A stretch of 63,467 nucleotides of DNA, counting the filler. It is 6 parts of 6 records of this genome, joined end to end, with 100 filler letters (N's around TTAATTAATTAA, not from the genome) between each part and the next. Parts side by side here need not be neighbours in the genome. Positions count along the whole stretch, not along the records: positions 1 to 9,278 come from SRR31156797_8783; 5 more parts are not named here. One strand, 5' to 3'. The notes under the pieces were generated by a model. That model did not search any database. It worked only from the letters and a program-made list of their open reading frames with translations, and was not told the DNA's origin. Positions within the stretch are counted from its first letter, which is position 1, and the number at the start of each line of letters is the position of its first letter. Positions 1 to 8,964 of the stretch are shown piece by piece. Made by a program: the position numbers and the translations under genes.

Positions 1-5
1 TTTAG

Positions 6-30
6 TGTCCAGTTTACAGGTTCCATTATA
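6..30. mobile_element. Probable terminal inverted repeat of an IS3-family insertion sequence at the contig edge
   Basis: TGTCCAGTTTACAGGTTCCATTATA has the 25-bp layout of IS3/IS150-type ends; the contig breaks right beside it, as expected at a multicopy IS. No transposase is visible. Confidence 0.4.
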
Positions 31-67
31 CAAAGTTTTCGCCCTTTTTATATTCATAAAATACTTT

Positions 68-682
68 TTATATTACCTGCATAGTTTTGATAATATTATC
101 AATTATTAGCTCTTTTTTTGCTTCAAAACCCCAACTGTCATCTGAAAATATTGTTAGCTCTTCAAAACCTTTTATCCAACCTATAATAGATATAATTAGA
201 AAATCAGAACTTAAATCTTTTCTAATTTCATTTTTCTCTTGTCCGTTTTCTATTATAGTTCTTAATTTTTTAGAGAGTATATTTTGGAATTCCCCAATTG
301 TCATTTTAATCAATACCGCTTCTTCATTAGATGATATTCTATACTCTACTATTTTTCGATATTTTAAGAAATCCATATCTGTGAGAAGTTTATCAAAATA
401 ATCAGAGAGGAACTTAATAATTTTTTGAATTGAATCCTCTTTAGAAGAATCAATAGCTCTAATTACATTATTGAAAAACTTTCCAAGTAATTTCTCAGTG
501 AGTACACTAAAAATATCAAATTTATTTTTAAAATGCCAATATACTGCACCTCTTGTAACACCGGCTCTTTTGGCGATATTATCAATAGTAGCATTATCAT
601 AATTTTTTTCATCAAAAATTTCCAGAGCAGCATTTAATATATCCTGTTTTGTTTGTTCTGCTTCAAGTTTCGTCCTTTTCAT
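68..682 (-). CDS. TetR/AcrR-family transcriptional regulator
   Basis: N-terminal HTH KRTKLEAEQTKQDIL...IAKRAGVTRGAVYWHFKNK closely follows the AcrR N-terminus. Confidence 0.93.
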   Translation of the reverse strand: MKRTKLEAEQTKQDILNAALEIFDEKNYDNATIDNIAKRAGVTRGAVYWHFKNKFDIFSVLTEKLLGKFFNNVIRAIDSSKEDSIQKIIKFLSDYFDKLLTDMDFLKYRKIVEYRISSNEEAVLIKMTIGEFQNILSKKLRTIIENGQEKNEIRKDLSSDFLIISIIGWIKGFEELTIFSDDSWGFEAKKELIIDNIIKTMQVI

Positions 683-700
683 CTATTCCCTCACACATTA

Positions 701-1144
701 TTAACTATTTGCTTCAACTAATTTTAATAATAACTCTTGCAACACCTTATATTCATCTCCAAGAACTTCAAACATTTTAGTCTCCTCTTCTTCAACGATA
801 AAAGCTAAATTCTCAAAGGTTTTTATTCCATGCTCTGTTAAATTTATATTTTTAGCTCTAGTATCTTTTTCATTAACAGTTCTTGTAATGATATCTTTTT
901 TCTCAAGTAATCTCAAGACATTGGAAACGACAGTTTTATCCATTTTAGTAAACTCAATAATGTCTTTTTGATTAATTTCCTCTTTGTTTGATAATAATCT
1001 ATTAATTGCAGTGATTAATTGAAATTGAGGACCAGTTAAATTATATGGTCTTAAAAGAGCGTTTACTTTACGTTGCTTTAAATGACTTAATTTAAGCATA
1101 AGGTATCCACAATTATCATTTGGTTGTCTTTCAAAATATGACAT
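701..1144 (-). CDS. MarR-family transcriptional regulator
   Basis: LTGPQFQLI...INQKDI...MDKTVVSNVLRLLEKKDIITR...DTRAKNINLT winged-helix pattern; AAGGAG RBS. Confidence 0.93.
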   Translation of the reverse strand: MSYFERQPNDNCGYLMLKLSHLKQRKVNALLRPYNLTGPQFQLITAINRLLSNKEEINQKDIIEFTKMDKTVVSNVLRLLEKKDIITRTVNEKDTRAKNINLTEHGIKTFENLAFIVEEEETKMFEVLGDEYKVLQELLLKLVEANS

Positions 1145-1169
1145 CTCTCTCTCCTTAAATTGTTTTTCT

Positions 1170-1194
1170 AAGTCAGAATGAACTAATCTGACTT
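1170..1194. promoter_or_regulatory. Inverted repeat upstream of marR, candidate operator
   Basis: AAGTCAGA-N9-TCTGACTT, 25 nt upstream of the marR start codon. Confidence 0.4.
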
Positions 1195-1308
1195 TGCTGA
1201 GAAAAATATTAAATAGTTTTCTATAAATTTTTATATTATTATATCATTTTGCAGATATTCTGTATACAGAGAAGTTAGAGCAATTTTAGATGAAGGGAGT
1301 GTATGTTT

Positions 1309-1452
1309 TTATTTAATCTCAATAGTTCCTTTTTTAGGACAAGCATCAATACATGCCAAAATATTAAGTCCTAAATCTGTAAAAATAATTACTCCAATTA
1401 CTGCAATAAATGGAGTGAACCATCTTAGTTTTTGCCTTTTACTTTTTTTCAT
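1309..1452 (-). pseudogene. 47-aa ORF, probable internal-deletion remnant of a membrane 4Fe-4S protein
   Basis: Manual translation MKKSKRQKLRWFTPFIAVIGVIIFTDLGLNILACIDACPKKGTIEIK with AAGGAG RBS: one TM segment joined to a half ferredoxin motif CxxxCP. Confidence 0.55.
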
Positions 1453-1499
1453 ATAAAATCTCCTTACAAATTCACTCAAAACTGTGTATAAAACTAACC

Positions 1500-3431
1500 C
1501 TACTGCTTACTATTTCTATCACATCTCATACATCTTACTGCTTCTTCAATTGCCTCATCTCTGTCATAAAGCACTTTTACATTATCAAAATTAGTACATC
1601 TATGACTTACTTCTGTTTCTTTTTCCTCTTGTTTGGATAAATCCCAAGTTTTTAGATTAAGTTGTCTCTCAGGAATATTGATCTCTTCTCCTACATATAT
1701 TCCATTCCCACCAAGAGCTTTGTCTATACTTGTTGCAACTTTTCTCGCTTCCGCAATTGCAGTGATTGCAATCTTGGAGTATCCTCCCATATCACCTGCG
1801 ACATATACGTCTTTGGCGCTGGTTCTGTATGTTTCTTTATCAAAACTTATCCATCTGTTTGCGCCTATTTCGATATCACTATCAAGATAAGTGTAATCAG
1901 CTCTCTGCCCAACTGCCATAACCACCAGTTCAGATTCGATTCCAATATTATTGCTTTCATCAAATACAGGATTAAATTTATACTGACTATCTAGAGTAGA
2001 GAGACATTTTTTTAGTATAATTCCATTTAATTTATCTTCCATCTCTACATATTTACTTACTGAATATCCACTTAGAAATTCTATCCCTTCCTCTTTAGCA
2101 CCGTGTTTCTCTTCATGAGAAGCCGGCATCATATCATACTCCTCCAGAGAAACAACATTTACTTCACAACCACATCTCATCAGACTTCTGGCAGAGTCCA
2201 TTGCTACATCTCCTCCGCCAACTACTGTTACTCTCTTAGGGAAATCTCTTTTCCCCTCAAGTTTTATATCCCTTAGAGTATCAACTGCACTGACTATATA
2301 TTTTTTGTCAGGGCCTATTTTTACACCAGTCATAAGTCCTGTTGCAAGAATAGTTGCATCATTATTTTTTCTGATCTCTTTTAACTCGATATCTTCTCCT
2401 ACTTTTATGCCTGTTTTTATATTTACACCTAAATTTTCAATTAATTTAACTTCTCTATTGATAGCTTCATTACTGATCCTATACTCCGGAATCATCATTG
2501 CCGGTACTCCACCTGCAACTTTTTCAGCTTCATAAACAGTTACATTGTACCCAGTTCTAGCTAGGAAATAAGCAGCACTTAGACCAGCAGGTCCACTTCC
2601 GATAATTGCGACTTTTTTCCCGTTATCTTCTAATTTATCTTCTTTGATTTGATTATTCTCCAGAGCCATAGTTGATGCGAAATATTTCAGAGCTCTTACA
2701 CCTATAGAATGCTCCATTTCTCCTCTTCGACATTTGACCTCACAAGGTCTTGCGCAGATTAGTCCACATACATATGACAGAGGATTGTTTTGCCTCATTA
2801 GTGCATATGCTGTATCCATATCATTTTCAACCATATATGCAACATAACCCGGTATATTTACTTCTGCCGGACATGCATTGACACACTGTGCTGATGCCAG
2901 TTTATGACATACTCCTGGATGGCATTTTTTAGCAATAATATGCTCCTCAAAAATACTTCTATAGTTATTTAATAAAAACAATACAGTTTTCTTCATCTTT
3001 CTCTCAGCAGGTATTGGAGTTTCCTCTTCCAGCAATTTTTTTAATATTTCAAGCTCAAGAACTCTCTTACTGGTACCATTACTAATTCTCTCAATAATTT
3101 GCTCTATCTCTTCAATAGTTTCGTTAATAGTTCGAAGTTCTCTAATCAGGTATCTAACGCAAAATCTGGCGTAATCTACGGGACAAGTTTGATTATTTAG
3201 GAATAAAATTGAGTTTACATCTATATCTCTGGTAAAATTTCCAAGAGCTTTATCTATATCCTTCAAAGTAATAATCTCTCCAAAAGGACCACCTATCTGT
3301 ATCATTTCAACTTTTTCGTTATTCCAAAGTCCGCCAGCTTCAAAATTCAATATATATGCTAGTGAATCACTTTCCGAGAGATCATATGTTCCCGGTTTAT
3401 TTATTTTTCCACACAAGATATATTTATTCAT
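1500..3431 (-). CDS. FAD/NAD(P)H-dependent Fe-S oxidoreductase: truncated NuoF C-terminal part fused to a GltD/dihydropyrimidine-dehydrogenase-like module
   Basis: SLBB-like GKINKPG...QIGGPFG; CVNACPAEVNIPGY and CGLICARPCEVKCRR Fe-S motifs; GSGPAG (FAD), GGGDVA (NAD(P)H); C-terminal EAVRCMRCD. Confidence 0.88.
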   Translation of the reverse strand: MNKYILCGKINKPGTYDLSESDSLAYILNFEAGGLWNNEKVEMIQIGGPFGEIITLKDIDKALGNFTRDIDVNSILFLNNQTCPVDYARFCVRYLIRELRTINETIEEIEQIIERISNGTSKRVLELEILKKLLEEETPIPAERKMKKTVLFLLNNYRSIFEEHIIAKKCHPGVCHKLASAQCVNACPAEVNIPGYVAYMVENDMDTAYALMRQNNPLSYVCGLICARPCEVKCRRGEMEHSIGVRALKYFASTMALENNQIKEDKLEDNGKKVAIIGSGPAGLSAAYFLARTGYNVTVYEAEKVAGGVPAMMIPEYRISNEAINREVKLIENLGVNIKTGIKVGEDIELKEIRKNNDATILATGLMTGVKIGPDKKYIVSAVDTLRDIKLEGKRDFPKRVTVVGGGDVAMDSARSLMRCGCEVNVVSLEEYDMMPASHEEKHGAKEEGIEFLSGYSVSKYVEMEDKLNGIILKKCLSTLDSQYKFNPVFDESNNIGIESELVVMAVGQRADYTYLDSDIEIGANRWISFDKETYRTSAKDVYVAGDMGGYSKIAITAIAEARKVATSIDKALGGNGIYVGEEINIPERQLNLKTWDLSKQEEKETEVSHRCTNFDNVKVLYDRDEAIEEAVRCMRCDRNSKQ

Positions 3432-4609
3432 TATTTTAACCCCCGAATCTTATCTTTATCTATAACATCAGTCATTAGATTATATTGGTTATACTCAGCT
3501 AAGCTTTGGTTTACGATTTTGTCATAACCAAATGTACTGATTGGACATACTTTGATACAATGACCACAATATCTATTGGTAATCATAGAGTAGCCACATT
3601 TTTTTCTGTGAACTCTTCTTTTGAACTGCCCAAACCATTCATGCTCATCTTTTGGAATAGTATCATGAGGACAAGTTTTGTAGCACATTCTGCATCTAGC
3701 GCAAAACTCCTCGAAGTTTTGATCCTCACTTGCATGATCTAGCTCAATATCAGCATCTATTGTTACACAGCATAATCTTAATCTTGTTCCCCATTTCTTC
3801 GTAAGCAAAAGACCGTGTGTAGAGTACATTCCAAGCCCGGCATTTACTGCATGAGGTACAAAATTTATTCTATCTCCCATTGAAACAGTTGCCAGAGATT
3901 TATAACCTTTATCTCTAATAAAATCAGCAACTTTATTTACTGCATACCCTGATTTGACATAAGTGTGAAGGTCAAAAATATTACCTGATTGACTGGTAGG
4001 ATAAGGTATCTCATAGATAACATCTTCTGTCATCTCCATTCCCATGATCAGCATAGTATCATATGGAAAATGATGATCATTGTTATTATTAATATATCTC
4101 CTGTCAACCAGAGTAAATCCTCCTATCATTCCCAAACTCTCTACATAATCAAGTATCTCTTTTTTTAATTTTTTGAGATCAGCTATAGGTTTTACTTTTC
4201 CTGATTTAATTTTTGCATCTAATTTTTTATTTTTTCTTGGATGCTTACCTTGAAGAATCATTCCATGAGCAATTTTCATAAAATCTGTTCTTTCTTTGCT
4301 TGCAATTTCAGGAGTTTTTCCATCCTCCCAAACTTTCTTCTTTATTTCTCGTATGTTTTTTTGTGGGCCAAGTGCTGTTGCTAGACCATCTGCAGTATGA
4401 AGCGCAGTGTAGTAGTCAAATAATTCTCCGTTAACTTTTACGTATGGATTATTATCAGTTAATTCTTTACCTAAGTTATCTTTTGTATATGTATAATAAT
4501 GTTTTTTACTATTTCTAAGTATTCCTTTTTTGCTTATTTTAAATGGTGCTCTTTCACTAGCTTTTGGTACGTCGTTATTATAAGTATTATTAAACCCGTT
4601 ATCCTTCAA
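3431..4609 (-). CDS. Reductive dehalogenase/epoxyqueuosine reductase (RdhA/QueG) superfamily protein, putatively cobalamin-dependent, with two 4Fe-4S clusters
   Basis: AVNAGLG...GLLLTKKWGTRLRL, FCARCRMCYKTCP and C...CGHCIKVCP; TTG start with AGGAGG RBS; no Tat signal; stop overlaps the next gene's start. Confidence 0.8.
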   Translation of the reverse strand: MKDNGFNNTYNNDVPKASERAPFKISKKGILRNSKKHYYTYTKDNLGKELTDNNPYVKVNGELFDYYTALHTADGLATALGPQKNIREIKKKVWEDGKTPEIASKERTDFMKIAHGMILQGKHPRKNKKLDAKIKSGKVKPIADLKKLKKEILDYVESLGMIGGFTLVDRRYINNNNDHHFPYDTMLIMGMEMTEDVIYEIPYPTSQSGNIFDLHTYVKSGYAVNKVADFIRDKGYKSLATVSMGDRINFVPHAVNAGLGMYSTHGLLLTKKWGTRLRLCCVTIDADIELDHASEDQNFEEFCARCRMCYKTCPHDTIPKDEHEWFGQFKRRVHRKKCGYSMITNRYCGHCIKVCPISTFGYDKIVNQSLAEYNQYNLMTDVIDKDKIRGLK

Positions 4610-4645
4610 TTTGATTCCTCCTTTAAAAAATATGCTCTTACTATT

Positions 4646-6019
4646 TTAAATAACCGTAGTTAAGCTATCACTATGCTTATCATCTAAATGAGCAAGTTCA
4701 AATTTTAATACAAATGCTGTAATGATTGTAGATAATATATCAGAAATAGGAAAAGATAGCCAAACTCCATTAGCGCCCCAAAATTTTGGAAGTATCAATA
4801 TTAAAGGAATTAATATTATAAATTGACGCGATAAGCCAAGAAATAAAGCATGTAAGCCTTTCCCTACGGCCTGAAAATAGATGCTAAATATAACCTGTAA
4901 TCCCATTAAAGTGATTAGTGAAACCATAATTCTCAGTGCTGAAGCACCAGTATTTATTAACTCTGCATCTGTTGTAAATATACTTATTAATTTGTAAGGC
5001 ATTAATTCCATAATTAATGAAAAGAAACCAGCAACTACAGTTGCGCTAATACTTGCTAAAATAAGAATCTTTTTCACACGGTCATATTTCTTGGCTCCAT
5101 AGTTATAACCAGCAATAGGTTGAAATCCCTGAGAAATTCCAACTACTGGCATAATTACAAACGAAATAAGTTTATTAATAATTCCGAAGATTCCTATTGC
5201 CATCTCTCCACTGTATATCAACAGAGCATTATTGACTATTAAAGTTAATATACTCATTCCTGCAGTCTGGATAAAGTTAGGAAGCCCCAGCATAGTCATT
5301 CCTCTTAATAGGTTCCAATTAATTTTTAAATATTTAGATTTTAGATGAATCGAACCTCTCTTAGCAACAAAAAACCAAACAACCCATACTGTAGAGCAAA
5401 ACTGACCAATAACTGTTGCATAAGCCGCTCCCGCTATTCCCATATCAAATCCAAAGATAAATACAGGATCAAGGATTATATTAACAACCATACCTAAAAC
5501 CATAGTGAGCATTGCTGTGTTTGCTTTTCCTTCTGCTCGAATAATATTAGAGCCAGCTATTGAGATTGACAAAAAAATAAAGCCCCAAGACACAGGTATT
5601 AGATAATCTTTTGCGTAAGGTAATGTTTTCTCAGTTGCTCCAAAAATTTTCAAAAGAAAATCTGGAAATAATAATGAAACGATAGTCATTATTATTGACA
5701 ATATAATCAGCATTGTAACTGAAGTTCCTAAAGCTTTTTCAGCTTTTTTCTGTTCTCCTGCTCCTAAACAACGCGATATTACAGATGCTCCTCCGACTCC
5801 TATCATTTGTGCAAAAGCCATAACAACCATTTGAATTGGAAACGCTATTGCTAATGCTGTTATTGCTAGTGTTCCAGCTCCTCTTCCAACAAAAATAGTG
5901 TCAACTATGTTATAAAAACTACCTACAAGCATACCTACAACCGCCGGAATTGATAGCTTTATAAGTAATGGAAAAAGATTAGCTGTTCCTAAAAAATCCG
6001 ATGACTCATTCTTACTCAT
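4646..6019 (-). CDS. MATE-family efflux transporter (MepA-like)
   Basis: YNIVDTIFVG, IRAEG, NIILDPVFIF-GIAGAAYAT, GYNYGAK motifs; many TM segments. Confidence 0.95.
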   Translation of the reverse strand: MSKNESSDFLGTANLFPLLIKLSIPAVVGMLVGSFYNIVDTIFVGRGAGTLAITALAIAFPIQMVVMAFAQMIGVGGASVISRCLGAGEQKKAEKALGTSVTMLIILSIIMTIVSLLFPDFLLKIFGATEKTLPYAKDYLIPVSWGFIFLSISIAGSNIIRAEGKANTAMLTMVLGMVVNIILDPVFIFGFDMGIAGAAYATVIGQFCSTVWVVWFFVAKRGSIHLKSKYLKINWNLLRGMTMLGLPNFIQTAGMSILTLIVNNALLIYSGEMAIGIFGIINKLISFVIMPVVGISQGFQPIAGYNYGAKKYDRVKKILILASISATVVAGFFSLIMELMPYKLISIFTTDAELINTGASALRIMVSLITLMGLQVIFSIYFQAVGKGLHALFLGLSRQFIILIPLILILPKFWGANGVWLSFPISDILSTIITAFVLKFELAHLDDKHSDSLTTVI

Positions 6020-6060
6020 TATTTATTCCTCCTTAATTTTTTATATACCTACTCGCCCTC

Positions 6061-6134
6061 TGATAATCTATACAAAGATAATCTGCATACAGACTATCTT
6101 TGTATAGATTATCATGAAACTGATTTTTTTGCAA
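6061..6134 (-). promoter_or_regulatory. Sigma70-type promoter overlapped by a 54-bp palindrome (candidate repressor operator)
   Basis: Minus strand TTGCAA-N17-TAATCT with extended -10 TG; perfect 20-bp arms TGATAATCTATACAAAGATA (6061-6080) and its reverse complement (6095-6114). Confidence 0.65.
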
Positions 6135-6197
6135 GGGTCTAAATTTATCAAATGATCATTGGTTTAAGGAAAAGCAGATAAAAAAAGAGATCTATAT

Positions 6198-6232
6198 AAA
6201 AAAAAGAACCTCTCCTTAAATGGAGAAGTTCT
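6198..6232 (-). terminator. Rho-independent terminator
   Basis: Minus strand AGAACTTCTCC/GGAGAGGTTCT stem followed by a U-tract, just after the stop at 6239. Confidence 0.75.
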
Positions 6233-6238
6233 AGTGTA

Positions 6239-6928
6239 TTAATAATTGACTGCAAAATAATCTTGTAAAGTAACACCTTTATGATCAACATGAAGGTTAA
6301 CCTGCCAAAACTCAATTGACAATTGTCTTAATGATTCCATAATACTTCTTTTTTTATCACATAATCCTTTTGGAGGACCTGCTACTGTCATACCATTCAT
6401 GCTACAATACAGAACAACAACTTTGTAACCTGCTTTAACTTTTGACAAAATATCATTGATAATTGTCTTAAGTGATTCAAAATCATTTAATGCCATATGA
6501 TCATGTACAGGCGTTTTCAAGTAAACTCTTAACTTCTCATTAACCAAAATATCTGTTTTCAAATTATTTTGATCAAAATTTTTCTTAGTGTTTTTTACTT
6601 CTATTATTTCATCCAAGTGATTTTCAAGTAAAAAATAATCAATATACTTACTGATTTTATGGTCATTTACACATATTGAAGTATTTTCATCTAAAACGAC
6701 AACTTCAACAACATATTTAATTTTCCTTGAGCATGATTTTACTTCAGAAAGAAGAAGTTGAATTTCAGACTTCGAAGCATTATGCTCGTTAATTATATCG
6801 TCTACACATTTGTGCCATAAGTAGTAACATTTTTCAATTTGACCGTCAACATTGACTAGCAAAATGCTATCATTCATCTTAGATTCATATCTAGCATTTT
6901 TCAATTTGTTACGAAAAAGATATCTCAT
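6239..6928 (-). CDS. Hypothetical protein (229 aa)
   Basis: Long ORF in AT-rich DNA with AAGGGAG RBS and its own terminator; no family recognised. Confidence 0.7.
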   Translation of the reverse strand: MRYLFRNKLKNARYESKMNDSILLVNVDGQIEKCYYLWHKCVDDIINEHNASKSEIQLLLSEVKSCSRKIKYVVEVVVLDENTSICVNDHKISKYIDYFLLENHLDEIIEVKNTKKNFDQNNLKTDILVNEKLRVYLKTPVHDHMALNDFESLKTIINDILSKVKAGYKVVVLYCSMNGMTVAGPPKGLCDKKRSIMESLRQLSIEFWQVNLHVDHKGVTLQDYFAVNY

Positions 6929-7167
6929 TTTTACTCCCTTATAATTTTTTTAATCCTCACTCTCTCTTTTGTCCTGATTTTTAAAAAATTTAACTTTATC
7001 TAACTATTATAGTTTACTTTGCCGCATGTGTCAAAGGTTTATTTTAAATTGTTTTTTGCTGATTTTGTGTCATAGGGAAAATTTAAAATAATTTAATTGA
7101 CGGGTTCAACTAATATGCTGTTTGGTTTACAGTGTAAGTATTTTTTTTAATAAATCAGTATATTATG

Positions 7168-7204
7168 ATTGAGGAGATTAACTTTTGATGTTAATCTCCT
7201 CAAT
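7168..7204 (-). terminator. Hairpin downstream of the NCS2 permease, probable terminator
   Basis: Perfect 15-bp arms ATTGAGGAGATTAAC / GTTAATCTCCTCAAT, 20 nt after the stop codon. Confidence 0.6.
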
Positions 7205-7224
7205 TATAGTTTATTATATTTATA

Positions 7225-8541
7225 CTAAATCATTAAATTTATAAAGCAAAGTACACCTATAAACCATAACATAGGATTTACTTTTTTATGATCACCTGTT
7301 CCGACATGTACAATTATATAAGTCAGGAATCCGAAACTAAGACCAATACTTATACTATATGTTAGCGGCATTAATAACAGTGTTACAAATACCGGAATTG
7401 CTTCTTTGAAATCACGAAGATTAATATCAACTATATTTTTGAACATATATACTCCAACTATAATAAGTGCAGGAGATGTTGCAAATGACGGGATTACACC
7501 TATAATCGGTGTAAAAAACATCGCTAATAGGAAAAATAATCCTATAAATAGTGATGCCAACCCTGTTCTGGCTCCAGCTGCAATTCCAGCTGCTGTTTCA
7601 GACAGAGTTGTCACAGTACTTGTACCAAGTAATGAACCTAGAATAGTAGAAGTAACATCTGTATGAAGCATCTTCCCAAGGGACTTAACTTCTCCACTCT
7701 CTTCTTCCAATCCGATCTCTTTCGCACATGCGATAAGTGTCCCTAGTGAATCAAACAAGTCAACGAACATAAATGAGAAAATAGGGCCTAATAGTGATAT
7801 TTTCATTGCTCCTAAAATATCGAGTTTAAATGCAATCGGACTGATACTTGGTGGCATAGAGATAAGTGCTGTAGGTCTCTGTACAATTCCAGTGAATACA
7901 CCGATAATTGTTGCTACGAACATTCCTATGATTATTCCACCTTTTACTCCTCTGATCTCTAGGATAAAACTAACAACTAGTCCTAATAATCCTAAAATTA
8001 CAGGTAGAGTAAACTCTCCTAAAGAAACCAAAGTAGCAGGATTAGCTACAACTAAACCAAGTGATTTTAATCCGATAAAGGCCATAAATAATCCAATTCC
8101 GGCTGTTACAGCTACTTTAAGTGATTGCGGAATTGCATTTGCGATTCTTTCTCTGATTCCACCAATTGACAGTAATAAGAAGAATACTCCTGATAAAAAC
8201 ACAACACCAAGTGCTGTTTCCCATGCTAATCCCTCACCTAAAACAAGAGTATATGTGAAAAATGCATTTAATCCCATTCCCGGAGCTAGTCCTAATGGTG
8301 CGTTTGCCCAGAATGCTGAGATTAAACTACCGATAATTGCAACTAAACATGTTACTGTGATAAGAGCACCTTTATCCATACCTGTAGCTGATAAGATGCT
8401 AGGGTGTACAAAGATGATATATGCCATTGTTAAAAAAGTTGTTAGTCCTCCGACGAACTCTTGTTTAACACTTGTACCTCTCTCTTCCAACTTAAATAGA
8501 CGATTTAATAAACTGTTGTTTCCGACTCTTGTTGCTTCCAT
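7225..8541 (-). CDS. NCS2/AzgA-family purine (guanine/hypoxanthine) permease
   Basis: GLTTFLTMAYIIFV, APGMGLNAFF, DLFDSLGTL, GARTGL motifs; start moved to ATG 8541 behind an AGAGGAGG RBS; purine riboswitch upstream. Confidence 0.93.
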   Translation of the reverse strand: MEATRVGNNSLLNRLFKLEERGTSVKQEFVGGLTTFLTMAYIIFVHPSILSATGMDKGALITVTCLVAIIGSLISAFWANAPLGLAPGMGLNAFFTYTLVLGEGLAWETALGVVFLSGVFFLLLSIGGIRERIANAIPQSLKVAVTAGIGLFMAFIGLKSLGLVVANPATLVSLGEFTLPVILGLLGLVVSFILEIRGVKGGIIIGMFVATIIGVFTGIVQRPTALISMPPSISPIAFKLDILGAMKISLLGPIFSFMFVDLFDSLGTLIACAKEIGLEEESGEVKSLGKMLHTDVTSTILGSLLGTSTVTTLSETAAGIAAGARTGLASLFIGLFFLLAMFFTPIIGVIPSFATSPALIIVGVYMFKNIVDINLRDFKEAIPVFVTLLLMPLTYSISIGLSFGFLTYIIVHVGTGDHKKVNPMLWFIGVLCFINLMI

Positions 8542-8738
8542 TGTTTCTGGTTCCTCCTCTAGATGAATTGTTAAAAAGAGTAGCAGGTTTAATAAAATCA
8601 TTGACGTTTCAACAATTATTTTATTAAGCTTGCTTCTTTAAGTGCTTTCAATTCATCACTCTTTCAATATGATTTTTAATATTTATAGAAAACCAAAATT
8701 AAGGCCTCACAAACTTAATTTTGATATCTTATACAAAT

Positions 8739-8777
8739 AAAAAAAATCACCTAATATAATTTATTTAGGTGATTTTT
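8739..8777 (-). terminator. Intrinsic terminator forming the riboswitch expression platform
   Basis: AAAAATCACCTAA/TTAGGTGATTTTT stem with a U-tract on the minus strand, 20 nt 3' of the aptamer. Confidence 0.8.
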
Positions 8778-8796
8778 AAAATTAAAATATTCTAAA

Positions 8797-8861
8797 AATC
8801 ATAGTGACTTATTTAGGGTAAGTCGTAGAAACTATCGTCCATATTACGAAATTATATGATT
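8797..8861 (-). ncRNA. Purine riboswitch, guanine-sensing type
   Basis: Minus strand AATCATATAATTTCGTAATATGGACGATAGTTTCTACGACTTACCCTAAATAAGTCACTATGATT: P1 AATCATA/TATGATT, L2 TATGG, J2/3 TTTCTAC, P3 GACTTA/TAAGTC; discriminator base is C. Confidence 0.93.
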
Positions 8862-8926
8862 ATTATCAAATTATTCAGTTGTTATTGCTTAAAAAAAAGT
8901 TATATATTTTTAAGCGTTTAAAAAGG

Positions 8927-8955
8927 ATTATACTAAAAAAACGAACTCGAGTCAA
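8927..8955 (-). promoter_or_regulatory. Sigma70 promoter for the riboswitch-permease transcript
   Basis: Minus strand TTGACT-N17-TATAAT. Confidence 0.8.
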
Positions 8956-8964
8956 GAGATTTGT

